Assembly (NCBI GenBank): GCA_012295275.1
Contig: CM022665.1
Span: 41,540,001-41,604,000 of the forward strand
Direction: 5' to 3'
DNA length: 64,000 nt
Origin: Chrysomallon squamiferum
Taxonomy: Eukaryota; Animalia; Mollusca
In this document: positions 28,774-41,442 of the stretch, piece after piece
Layout of the letters: the number at the start of each line of letters is the position of its first letter
How positions within the stretch are numbered: the stretch's first letter is position 1
Notes under the pieces: generated by a model
The model's database searches: none
Told to the model about the DNA's origin: nothing
What the model saw: only the letters and a program-made list of their open reading frames with translations
Translations under genes and position numbers: made by a program

Positions 28774-29158
28774 GGACTGGCTTGTCAGTCAGAATATATA
28801 ACCCTTGTCAAAATTAATAAAGTCCTGGTTGTTTTTTCTAATATCAAAAAAAATTCTTGAGAATAGTTATTACTTTTGAAAATGTGATTATGTGTCATAC
28901 ACATGTGATGTATCACATCTGTATTAGTAAATGGTATTTTCCAAATTTCAGTTTCTAATTCAGTATTAACAAGGAAGTTAAACTGTATTTCTTACTGGAA
29001 AATGACCATGAGTTATTCATAGAAATTTCCTCATCAATAAAATTGCTAACAGGAATCTTTTAATAGAAGTGGAATGGGAAAAAGTAAAAAACCCCACAAA
29101 AACCCCCTAAAAACTTCCTCATTGCTTTGAGATGGTTAAGTACTGATAGGATAACAGC

Positions 29159-29233
<75 letters not shown>

Positions 29234-31976
29234 AAAAAAACAATCATTTATACAAGAAATGGAGCATCATTGAAATTGTTAATGATAAATATTTATCAAT
29301 AATTTTTTTTTTTTAAATATGGAACTTTTCAACCCTTACTGATTATAAGCGTTTTTTTTTTCTCAATAATTTTAAAAACTTTTGCTACTTATTAACAATA
29401 CAATGCAGGCTTTGGGCTGCAAAAGTTTAAATAAATTGAAGAAAAAATAATTTCAAAAAAACTGAAGTAAAGAAAAAACTAATTAAAATAATCATTAAAT
29501 ATATATTAATCAGTGTGATATTCACTACACAATTATAAAATATTTAGTTATTTTATTAATTAATGTACAGGCATACAATCTGTAAACGTAATTTATTCTA
29601 TACGAAAACAAACATAATACTGATAACTGGTAGAATGTGATACTCTTCCACTAACTGGTACAACATGATACTTTTTGGTGGGTGGAGCCAAGTTTGCTAG
29701 AATATCAATATCCTTTTATCAATATGGGCAAGTGATAAATAGGCCCAGGTCCATTATTAAGATTAACTTGTAAAACGACACCTGAATTATACGTTTTCTT
29801 TCTTACATTTCTTGCCTTTAACTTGTACTAACAGGCGACATAAATAATACATTGGTTAAAATGTTATTGTCTGAAATTTGATATTTCTCAAAACAACTGG
29901 CTTATGCAACATCACATGCTTGAAATTATAATAGTTATTTTTGGACTATGTTTCATTAGACTCAGTTGTGGGGATTAATATTGAAATTAAGATATATTTT
30001 TTTTTATTGGATATATTTTAAATATTCTTTTCGAGAAGAAATATTTGCTTTTAAATTTGTTATTTTTTAAAAATGGCAGTAAAATAATTTTAAAAATTCA
30101 AATAAAAAATGTATGTGTAAATTAGCAAATTAACAGCATTTTTTTTTTTTTTTTAAAACGTGCCTAAAATGTTTACTAAATCATAACTGTCACTTGATGT
30201 AAGTTACAAAAATATTTTAATAAATTTCTCTGTATAAAGAATCATGTTATTTTTGGTTCTGCCGTAAGTCAAGATAATATCATACGATGAATAATATTCA
30301 GTTTAATCATCATGTGATCTTGTATTTATCAAGATATCGTATCTCCATGTGACCGCAACATATTTTTATCAGCATGTGATCTTAACATATATATGACCTC
30401 AAAATGATGTGGCCATTTCACTGAGATTAAGAAATAATGTCACTGACATAGTGTGCAATGAACCAAACCAAAAAGAATTTAAACAAAAATAATAAAAAGT
30501 TTTAAATTCACTTTTCATGAAATCACATACTCCACACAGACACACACACACAAAAATATCCCTGAAGAATGAAAATAGGCATGTTTCTTGATTATTCTGT
30601 GTTTGAACCAGTTTCTAATACCTACAGCATAACTATATTATATTAAAGCTTTCTGTAGTGAGTAGATAGATACATGTATGTGTCTTGTCATATTCTGTTT
30701 TTTTCAAGCAGTTTGATATTGCCTATGATATAACTATACATAAAAGATTCCTCACTACTATCGCATAATAAAAGAAACCTATGGTAAAGCAGACAGTCTT
30801 TAAATATAATTATTACTGAAAAATGTTTTCATTTTCATTAAAATTATTAACCACAAAAAAAATGGCTTTTATGAAGTGAACTAGTAATGATAACAAGTGC
30901 TAAGGAATAATGAAACTCATTAAAGAAATAATTAGTGAATGAGAAGAAGAAAAATGTATATATATAAGCAATATACTTACTCGAAGTTATGTGCGATGTC
31001 ATCATACATCATAACAATGATTCTTTCATCAGGAATCCCATGTTTCTTCATTATCTGATAGGCATGACAGGCATCTGCCTAAATAAATACATACTTTAAT
31101 TAAATATGAAATCTATTCACTGATGAACACACCTTTGACACTTGTTGCTATGATTTTTAGTATATGACACTGCACTGATTAAATTACGTACAAGAGTCAT
31201 TGGGTCACCCTACAGTCCCTGGAAAGTAAAAATGATTCTCATGGGCAAGTTTAATCAAGGCAGTCAGTTAAACAAAACATACTTTATAAATATATTCATA
31301 TATAAGATTCAAATATGCCTGTCGTTTGCTCATTATGCCCAGTATGTTATTGGTTTTATGTTAGAAGAGTGGAGAGAAGAAAAAAATAAAACAAAATAAA
31401 ATAATATATATATATAGTCATATACCCAATTAGTTCTGGATACAAGTTAGTGTTGACACCCATCAAGATTGGTGTTAGCATAATCATGTATCTAACAAAT
31501 GTTAAAAATGATTCCAGTATTTAAATATGTTAACTGGCACATAGTTACAGTTCTATAAAAAATTTCAAATTATGACAGTTTCTGGAAACTACAGGTACAT
31601 TTCTAATACATATTTTCTATATTATTACATTCTGGTACAGTGGTAAATATTATTATTTTTATTTATTATTTGCACATAAATAAAGATTTAAAAAGAAAAT
31701 AATCTTTAGGTTAAGATATAATTTTAAAATGACAGTCAGCTGTTAAACTGCTGTCTGCATGAGTAAACGAAATCTGATATTATCTATTTAATCTAAGGTA
31801 TATTAGGTATATTATGCTGAATTGCCCAGTGTCCATCCATGTCAGTCAACTTATAAACATACCTGATGTCTGTAATTTCCCCATCCCTCAGATCCTGCTA
31901 CGATCAGTGCCCAATGTTTCTGATCTTGTGCGTATATTGCCGCAATAAAAAATACGAAACACACTAATTTCAGCAT
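20142..31976 (-). CDS. LGMN: Legumain / asparaginyl endopeptidase (peptidase C13), about 435 aa, 13 coding exons with a duplicated exon 5
   Basis: Exons are 31976-31863, 31078-30981, 28010-27929, 27407-27316, [26457-26382 or 25416-25341], 24621-24559, 24042-23973, 23433-23315, 22688-22599, 22254-22168, 21679-21563, 21019-20846 and 20267-20142, 1308 nt in frame. The product has a signal peptide ([16 protein letters not shown]), [22 protein letters not shown], catalytic His (DHG), catalytic Cys (EACESGS), SSYACY..YLGD and a C-terminal prodomain. Confidence 0.97.
25341..25416 (-). CDS. LGMN: LGMN alternative exon 5b (catalytic His exon): (S)[25 protein letters not shown]
   Basis: 76 nt, TTTCAG acceptor, GTAAGT donor, same phases as exon 5a, open frame. 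Confidence 0.92.
26382..26457 (-). CDS. LGMN: LGMN alternative exon 5a (catalytic His exon): (S)[25 protein letters not shown]
   Basis: 76 nt, TTTCAG acceptor, GTAAGT donor, phase 2 in and phase 0 out, open frame. Confidence 0.92.
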
Positions 31977-32027
31977 CCTGACACTTATCGCTAGCTACAG
32001 TAACCAAAACCAAAGTGAATGATGCTT

Positions 32028-32035
32028 TCACGTGA
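32028..32035. promoter_or_regulatory. CLEAR-like E-box (TCACGTGA) upstream of legumain
   Basis: This palindrome lies about 50 bp 5' of the LGMN ATG. It matches the MiT/TFE (TFEB) CLEAR core found at lysosomal genes. Confidence 0.55.
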
Positions 32036-32860
32036 TACCCATTTATTTATGTCCTCATTTTAAAGAATATATTCATACGCCGGTTTATTTTTATTTCTGA
32101 CTGGACTGCTCATCTATGATTTAACTATTATTAACAGTAATTTCAATGATAAACAAAATACTAATATAAAGTTAAAATGTTCGATAATTAATTTTTTACA
32201 CGACGCAAAAACACAAGAAAAAATGCTAGGTATCTTTTGTTTGCGCAAAGAAAGGTTGTAAAAAGACAGGGGCGGATCATGTGCGGTTATAAGTAACAGT
32301 CACAAGATATCACGCCCCTTTCTTTCTGTAATAATTCTGTTTTTCTTTTTCTTTTTTCTACGGTCATATGAAATTTGTTCCTAACAACCACTCCCTTCAC
32401 TTTTATCTTTTCTTGCGTTCTAAAACAGCTAAAACCAAGTTAATCTAAATAACTATCTGACAGAGCAGACAACAGTATGATTATAACATTTACGAACATT
32501 CTTGTAGTCAGTGGTCCCGACAAAAAGAAACCACTATCTAGTATCTGTTCTACATTGCAGTGGCATGTGATGTGCAGTTTGCAGAGAATATACAAATAAA
32601 TGTGTTATTATCGTAATCATTTTATGTACTTAATTGTGTATTCAATGAAAGTAGGTAAAACAACCCTTTATCAAGTAAACTGAACAAATCAGCCTTATAA
32701 TTTAACTAATCCACCGATACATATTATTAATTATTTGGTAGAACTTTACATACACAAATATAAACACAAGTACCAAATTTTTCTTACATTGCTATGACAA
32801 AATTTGACAGGACAATTGTGGCACTAATCCCCCCCCCCCGTTTCGAGTCGAAAGCCCGTG

Positions 32861-32873
32861 TTTTGGCGCGAAA
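32861..32873 (+). promoter_or_regulatory. E2F-type site TTTTGGCGCGAAA just upstream of the TEX30 start
   Basis: Near-palindromic match to the TTTSSCGC consensus in a CpG-rich patch, ending 6 bp before the candidate ATG. Confidence 0.5.
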
Positions 32874-32879
32874 CAGACT

Positions 32880-33259
32880 ATGTCGTTTCGGACACAGTAA
32901 GTTCCGATTATTAGTCAATATACTGTATTAGTGAATACTTATTTCATTGAATTATCCGTATATAGTTAATGTATTACTCAGAAAATGTAAAGGTCATATA
33001 TTTAGTGCGAATATGTAAAACCGAAGGAAAACACTGATATAAGTGATACTGAGGATTACTGCACGCTCCAGTGGTGTCGCGTAGGCCTGCCAATATGCAC
33101 AATTCGAGTTGATTACTACTGTAACAGCAGAATTATAACCGGAACTTGAGAAACGTATATATCTTCGTTAATTAAAACAACATTATAAACTTAAATATTA
33201 TATCATCAACATTATTAGCAGTAATAATAATAATATAGAAATAAAAATCATAATTATCA

Positions 33260-33311
<52 letters not shown>

Positions 33312-33893
33312 GTTGTCGTTTTACATTGTGTAACTGTTTGTTTCCTTAATAATTTAAAGAACCGTCACAGTGGACTATGGAGAAAAGAAAATCCCAGCTG
33401 CTTTGACCACACCCACCAGTGGTGCCGGCACAGTGTGTATTGTCCTAGCTCATGGTGCGGGTGGAGATATGAATTCAAAACAACTAGTTCTCTTGGCAGA
33501 AGCTATTGCTGCGGAGGGTGTGTCTGTATTGCGGTTCACGTGCAGAGGGTTAAATATAAAATATAGAACACAGGTGTACGCCAAAGTTGTTGTAAGTAAA
33601 ATTTCATCTTCTTCATTATTTATTATTTATTTTTAAATTTAATTTAATTAAAAAACACAGTTGTATATATTATGGTTGTTAAAAAATAAAAATGAATTAA
33701 TTAAAATTAACAATGATTTCCTCTGTTGTCATGAAACTGTCAGCACGATTTTCCTCAACATATATTTTCGAAACATTTCATTTCAGAATTTTCTCACCGA
33801 GTCCAGCTTTGGAATAAAGGAAATATTTTTAGCAGGTGAAATTTTTTTTGTCCTCCTGTATGTTTGTCTGCTTGTGAGCGTATTCTGAGTGTA

Positions 33894-33938
<45 letters not shown>

Positions 33939-34678
33939 TGGTATCCTTTTTATTTATTGTTTAAAACATGATACGAAAAGAATCGAATTAAAAAAAAAAA
34001 ATGTACCATTATTATTAATATTATTTGGGTTGTTTTTTTGGTTTTTTTTTTTTAATTTATATTACTGTTTCTGTATAAATTTAACATCGGTTATCTTGAA
34101 ATAGAAATCTGTGTTTCCTAATAAAATGACATACATTTAAACCTTTGGTTGAAAATTTATCTATTTAACAATTAATTTGTTTAGGTCGATCAATGGGGTC
34201 ACGTGCCGCAGTGAATGTAGCCAATGAGAATCTACGATCGGAAAAACCCGCCTCTATCCAGGGTGTCATATGTCTGTCATACCCACTCTATCCACCCGGG
34301 ACTCCTAGTAAAATGAGGGATGCACCGTTATATGATATTCCATATCCCATTATTTTTATTAGTGGCGACAAAGATGACATGTGCAAGAAAGACAAAATGG
34401 AGGAAGTACTCAAAAGTGTTCCCAGATCGGAAATGCACTGGATAGAAAACGCAGGTCATGATTTAATAAACAAAACTATCGGAATTGAAAAAACCGTTAA
34501 AAGTGTCGTAGCCAAAATCATACAGTGGTGTTCAAAAATATATCCCGAAATAATTACTGGCGACCGAGAAATCGCTGTTCCTGAAAAAGGTACGCGAACT
34601 GTTGGAAGAGAAAAATGTAACGAATCTAGGGCCAAGACCAGTCGTAAAAGAAAGCGTACAATGGAAGAAGATGCATAA
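32880..34678 (+). CDS. TEX30: TEX30-like alpha/beta hydrolase (KANSL3/Tex30 family), about 263 aa
   Basis: Exons 32880-32896 (short first exon, less certain), 33360-33591, 33787-33835 and 34185-34678 sum to 792 nt in frame. Motifs: LAHGAGGDMN, VLRFTC, the nucleophile elbow GRSMG, CLSYPL, SGDKDDMC and AGH. Confidence 0.88.
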
Positions 34679-35004
34679 TTCAAAGATTTAAATTAGTTAT
34701 TGATGTTTATATGAGACAAGCATTTTTGATAACAAAATTTAATAATAATGATAATAATAAGGACTTTCAAATTACTTTTGAGTAAGGGAAGTTACGTTAA
34801 AGTAGCAAGAACCATAACTTTTTGTTTATCTCGTAAACAGTTTAACATTAACACTGAATGGTCTGGAATTGCTGGCAGAATGCAACATAGTACAAATACA
34901 ACAAGTGTAAACGGTAAAACGGGGTTTGGGAGACACCCTAGGATTAATAAATTAGTATACATATTAAAACTCGTAGAGTCAGGCCATCTACAATATTTAA
35001 TTTT

Positions 35005-35412
35005 ATAGACGGCTGTAGCATTTCAGAAACCAATGCCGAATATCCCCGCCATTTTGAAAGTCTGCTGGTTTCATTTTTTTCACCAGTTGAATATTGTATA
35101 TGAGACGTAATTCCTTCAAAATGCATTGCAGTGATCCAGGGGAAAATGCCCAACTACCTAGAATGCCTTCGAGTTGATGTTCCATTTCTTTTGCATGACT
35201 TTAAACAGTTTCCTCATTTCTCGTAGATGGTGGTCGTTCGTTTCGTGTAAAACGACAGTACCCTTGCTTCTGAAAACGTCGGATGGATCGTCTTGAAGGA
35301 CTATTTCTGACATTAAAATGGCAGCGATATTCTCTGTTGTGTAAGCAAAATGGAAAGATTGTTTTTAAAATAAAATTCAACAATCTTTACTGTTTGCTCA
35401 GTCGTGTACTTC
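35005..35412 (-). mobile_element. Decayed Tc1/mariner-superfamily transposase N-terminal fragment (DUF4817-like HTH)
   Basis: Across frameshifts the minus strand reads KYTTEQTVKIVEFYFKNNLSI / EYRCHFNVRNSPSRRSIRRF..RPPSTRNEETV / SLQCILKELRLIYNIQLVKKMKPADFQ..HWFL. I recognised this from family patterns, not from a search. Confidence 0.65.
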
Positions 35413-36897
35413 TGGTAAATCTTTATTAGATACCATTGAAAGAAAGAAATAAAATCGATTATAAGTGAACAATTATTTATTTTTTAAAATGGTAAGTGAC
35501 TTTTGTACAACTCTTGTATGAAGGGGGTCTGTTAACTTGCCACATTCGCTTGAAATTTGTCGAAAGAAAGGAAATTGGAATGCTTGCTCCATAAATAGCC
35601 AAACATTTTCATTCATTTCGTTATTAGCAAACAAAAACAATCAGTTGAACATATGAGCTGTATTTATTACATTTTAAAATATGCATGGCAAAGAATTAAA
35701 CTAAATTCAATAAATAAGAGTGAAACCTCCCCCAAAAACCAAAACAAACAAGAAAATTAAAGGAAAAGACGGATGAGCGGTGTAGAACAGATGTCATCTA
35801 TTTGATCACTGCTGCGACTCACGTACAGAGAAACGTAGCCTTTGAGACGGCAAAGAATTTCAGTTCACATGAAACTCGGTTGAGTTCGACTGAAAACTTC
35901 CTGGATGGGAGATGTAAGCAGCAACACCTTGTAACCAAATATGATTATTTTCTCCCCTGTATTGGTGTGTGCGTGTTACATTTATAGAAATGGGTTTTAG
36001 GAACCAGCGGTACACTGAAGTCCGTGAGGTTGAAGTTGGGAAGAATGGATCATTAGATGTTACAAGCTGAGTGATGTCATTATCATTTATTTCTTCATCA
36101 ACTGAAGACACTATCTTTAAAGTTATTTTTCAGTATGCTCATTTTCTCACTCTGACATTTATAGGTACTTAATGATATATGTATTTCCACATGCACTATT
36201 GCTTTACTAAATAAACGTCTCTGGACTCCCTATTAATACAGAAATTTGACATAAAATTAACATGTAGGGGAATATCGCCCCACTTCGTTTCCATCGTCAT
36301 TTCCTAGCTACTGTATAGACTACATGGTTTGTACTGAAAAATTTCTTAATATACACTAGACACATCCATCCATACACCCAAATATACAGCCGTTCTAGCA
36401 TAAAAAGTCACGAATCATTGCGAAGTCTACGATGCGTTATAGTGACAAGCAGAATCAGAGATGCTTACTACGATGGGAAAGGGATGAGAGTTTTGTTTTG
36501 ACCAAGATTTGAAAATGGTTTAATACGCAACAATTTCGAAGATCTGGTATTCGATGGCATAGGTAATTTATTATAAATTATCCTGCCAAAACGGTGTTTT
36601 GTTCATACAAATGAATGAGACAAACGGCCACCGCAAGACCGAAACTTTTGATTGTATAGTAGATTACTTAATACATCTCGATCATTACCATCAGACATCT
36701 ACTCTCCACCCCATCAAATGAAGTTAAATAACCAATCCAGTTTGAGAAATATTCTTGAAAAATACATAACTTTTTTTTTTCTATGCGATAACAATCTACT
36801 GTACAGAGAATAAAAAATGTAATCATATTTGAACGATATTGATAAATTAAGATATAAATTAAATATCAAAGGTATGCTTTCTGAAAGTTTATACAAA

Positions 36898-36948
36898 TTT
36901 GGCGCGCAGCTATAACGGAAGCTTTTGTTGAATAATTTCCGCTTCCGG
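36898..36948 (+). promoter_or_regulatory. Candidate APLF promoter motifs (E2F-like TTTGGCGCGC; ETS-like CGGAAG and CTTCCGG)
   Basis: Clustered CpG-containing motifs about 300 bp upstream of the APLF ATG. Confidence 0.45.
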
Positions 36949-37242
36949 CTTCAAACCTAAACAACGCTGAAAACAATTTTGAGATGTAGTTCAACGTCTT
37001 TTAAGAGCTATTTAACGTCTTTGATTGCAAATAGGATCAAATATAGTAGAAAACTTTATTTATTTTTCATTTTAAATACTTAATTCACGCGTGTGACATG
37101 CTTTAGGTTGATTATTCGGCTTGCAATACAGATTTTTAATTGCGTTTAGCTTCGTTTTGAAAGTAATTTAGAAAAACAGGCGTTTAATTATACCATAAGT
37201 GATCGTACCAGTGATATAATATGATTTGTTAAAAAAGCTAAA

Positions 37243-38891
37243 ATGTCGGGAATAAAATTGACACCAATTGGAGGCGGTGACAGTGTTGAAATTCCCCAAG
37301 GAAAAACTGTCATTGGCAGAGGCCCATTTCTGAAGGTTCATAATCAGTGCATCTTATTATTCATTTATTGTGTTATTGTCTGTTTTTAAATAAACTTCCC
37401 AAATAAAAATACTGTATTTAGTATATATATGATGTACTGATTTTTATGAAATCTTTCTCATCAGCTAGATTCAAATCACAAGTACCTTAATTTGTTTCTC
37501 TCTGAATGTATTAATTATTGTATTATAAATTATAATTAATATAAATTATATGTTATGATAGGTATTGACAGATCAGTTGTAAAATATATAAAGATATGCA
37601 AAGCTCATGACATACTGATATTGTTACACTTAATTACAATTAGTTCTCTATATGACGCAGAAATCTTAAAAAAAGTGTTTTTTTATTTAGTAGCAACAAT
37701 TTATCAGCGACATTATTTAGACTATTTAAAACTAACTAACTGCAGTACTTTGTACATATATTGTTGTAGGTTATCACATCTTTTTTTTTGTCATGTGAAA
37801 AGACCACACTGGAAATAAGTGTATAATAGTTCTTGTTATATGATTATCTTGTATTTATCAGTTTGTCATTATTTATTTAATAAAGAGCAATTTTCTAAAA
37901 AAAAAAAAAAAAAAATGTAATCTCTTCATAGTCATGAAGAGAATGTTGTATTTTATATATCATTAATGTGTTAAATTGGCTCATGGTTTTGTAATTTTAA
38001 AATATTTAGAATAAATATGATTATTTAATAACAGTAGTAATAAATTGGGGGGGGAGGCAAAAATTATAATTAAGATAATGAGCCAAGAATTTACAAAACT
38101 CAAGGTCATATATACAGTTATATGTTGGAGTTTTAAAAACAAAATTCTAAGGAAAATGTGAATTTATTTACTGGAAAGAAGAAATATAAATATTAAATAC
38201 TGTATAATTTTCGAGAATAATTGACTGCAGAATACCTTATTCACAAAACAATACATTTAAAAAATTTAAATTCATAAATGATGATATATAATATTCCTTG
38301 AAAGAATGCAAATTATAATTCATTATCAAAAGTTAATGTAATATAATCTTAAATAATTATTGATTTTTTTTCTTTGTTAAATTCATAGTTACTATTTGCT
38401 GTATAGTTACCAAATAAAATATATGTATTACAGCATAATAATAAAACACCAACCAGTGTCAAATATTTTCATGTAAGCATAAAGGGTTGGAATAAAATTG
38501 GGGAACAAATGGCAATCATTTTAATCTGAACTATATTTTTTATGTACCATCTTTCTTTTTTTAAATCTACTATATTTTATTTATTAATTTAAACTGATAC
38601 AGTATGTCATCTCTATTTTTTTTTTCTTTTAAATTCATTTTACTTATTATTTTTAATTAATTAATTACTTTGTTTGCTCTTTAAATGAAGAAAAACAATT
38701 ACTGATCTGAACAGTTACGCTAAATTGTTTACTGGAAGTGGAAATGGTTTATGTTGTTCATACAAATATAAAAGGAAGATTGTTAAGTATAATGTTAATG
38801 AATGATTAAACAAAAAAAAAAAAAAAAATTCATGTAGCTGAAGCTGATAATTTACACTGATATTTAAATATATATATATTGATGACAAGCG

Positions 38892-38922
<31 letters not shown>

Positions 38923-41380
38923 ATGTATAATATCACTCATTTCTGTTCTTCTGGCTGTTATCAGTGCTTAGCAGATCGTGCAGATTTTTTTGTGCTAATT
39001 CATTATTTTGTTTGAAAACTCCCTTTTATCATAATGTTTAATTTTTGGATTTTATTTATTTTATTTTGCTTAATTGCTAGGATCTAATTTATTAATTTTT
39101 TTTTTTTTTTTTTTTTAATCAAAAAACAACAACAAACAACCCACCAAATCATTAAATTCATTATTAAAATTTTTGGAAAAATCCACAGTATTTAACACCT
39201 TATTACAGTATAAAATTAATTTTTTGTTTTCAGATTGCAGAGAAACGTGTATCACGTACACATGCAGAGCTGGAGATAAATAACGGAAAGCTTTATTTAA
39301 AATCAGTAAGAATTTATTTTTTCCAATGTAATCAAACTCCCTTTTTATACATTAAAAAAAAAAAGAAAAAAAAAAAAAAAAAAAAAGAAAAAAAAGAAAT
39401 AATAATAATAATAATAAAAAAAAAAAAAAAAAAAAATTAAAACAAAGTTTGCAAAATATAATATAAATATTAAATTTTATCTTGTAAACTTTTTTTCTTT
39501 TCTTTTTTTATGAAAGGCCCAATTAACATTCACCCTTTTAAAATTACTCCAGTATACAGTGAATATACAAGATGTCACTTAATATTTAAACAAATATAAT
39601 GGGGTTTTTTTGTTTGTTTTTCATACATGTGAAAGAGTTGGCATTTGTTTAGTATTAATAAGAGTGTTGATGGATGTTAAATCTAGATTTCTATCCAAAG
39701 ACAATTTTTCCATAAAAGATTCATTGCTGCTTATAGCCATTGATGTAATGACAATGATTTGTTTACTGTTGTATTCAGTACAGAATCAGAGATCTGACAC
39801 CAAATAACGAATAATTTTCTATTATGCAGCAGCAAAATTGTTCTAAATAATAATATTTTTTTAAATTAATAAATGTTATTTTAAATGCAACATAATTTTT
39901 AATGAATATTATGTAAGAGAATGATAATAATTTTCAATAAATATTATGTATTCAAAGTAAGAGAATGTTGATAAAATACTGAAAATTAGAGAATAATGAT
40001 AAAATATTGAAAGTAAGAGAATGATTATTCAATACTGAAAGTAACAGAATGATGACAAGATATTGAAAATAAGAGAAAGATGATTTGTTTCAGACACACT
40101 CGAACCCGTGTTTTCTCAGAATAAAAGGAAAAAGTCAGATCACTCTACTTAAAGATGAAAAACATGTTCTTGAAGATTCTGATGTCTTTGGTTTGCTACC
40201 TGACAAATTGTTCTATGAGGTGACCTATGGTGATCACAAAGTAAATGGCACAACAAGGTAATTAAAAAAAACAAAAAAAAAAACATGTTTTTTTTAATGT
40301 TATTGAATCATTTTTAAAATTTAAATTGGTCAAAAAAACTAGATCATGGTAAAACAAGGCAAAATCTGAGTGTATCAAAATTCTAAAAGTGATCAATAAA
40401 ATAATGAAAAGTTTACAGATCTTTTAGAGAGAACCCATCTAAGCCCTCACCTCTGAATATTGTGTTATCTTATTCACAGTCTTATGTGTATACATAACTA
40501 ATAATGGTTGGTAATGAGTTGGAAATATACAAAATCGATCTAGGTTGTGAAGTAAAACAATTACTGGAAAGATGCAAAATGTATTAAAGTGTTTCTTAAG
40601 ATTTTCACCCAAAGAAAACAATGATTTTAAATGTATTTACAGTGATTGATCACAGTGGATACAGTTTAGAATTTCTTAGTTGATTTTCAGTCAAAGAAAA
40701 TGAAGATGTAAAATTTATTTACATTGTTTGTTTGATCATTTTAGGTACAGTTTAGCATTTGTTATTGTTTAATTTTCAGTAAAACTATATAGTTGATAAA
40801 GTTCAACCTTTATTTAATTTTCAGTAAAACTACATAGTTGATAAAGTTCAACCTTTGTTTAATTTTCAGTAAAACTACATAGTCGATAAAGTTCAACCTT
40901 TGTTGTTGTTTTATTTTCAGTCAAAGTTCTGATGGGGCCAGTGAAACTGCTTCAGAGACTAAAGCATCTGAGAAAGAGACAACAGCCATAAAAGAAGGTC
41001 AGATTTAATTTGAATTATTACATCCTACTTAACAATCTGTATTTTCAGTATCGTTAAACTGTAAGGCAGTGTTTAGCAAACATTCCTGGATCAGTATCCC
41101 CTCTAGTGCTCCTTATCAGTACAATGTAAAGCATATTGTTTTACTATACATGTTGAATGAAAGATAACAAAAGCAGCAGATTAACTGCAGTTATTGGCCC
41201 TTCCCCCATCCACAAATGCCCACTGTCCACTTTGGGAATCATTCCTGTGAAGTATATTTTCAGTAGTCTTAGTCTGAGTAATGTAAAATTTCAGAATCTT
41301 AAATAATTGAATCACAGTTATGGAAAGCAAACTGAATTTTGTTTGTTTGTTTTGATGTGTATGTATATGCATATGTATAC

Positions 41381-41442
<62 letters not shown>

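Noticed and set aside
33341-33359. U12-like branch TTCCTTAAT before TEX30 exon 2
   Set aside because: The phase-compatible donor is GTAAGT (U2). The only U12-like donor upstream (GTATCTTTT near 32230) gives the wrong phase with its nearby ATG.
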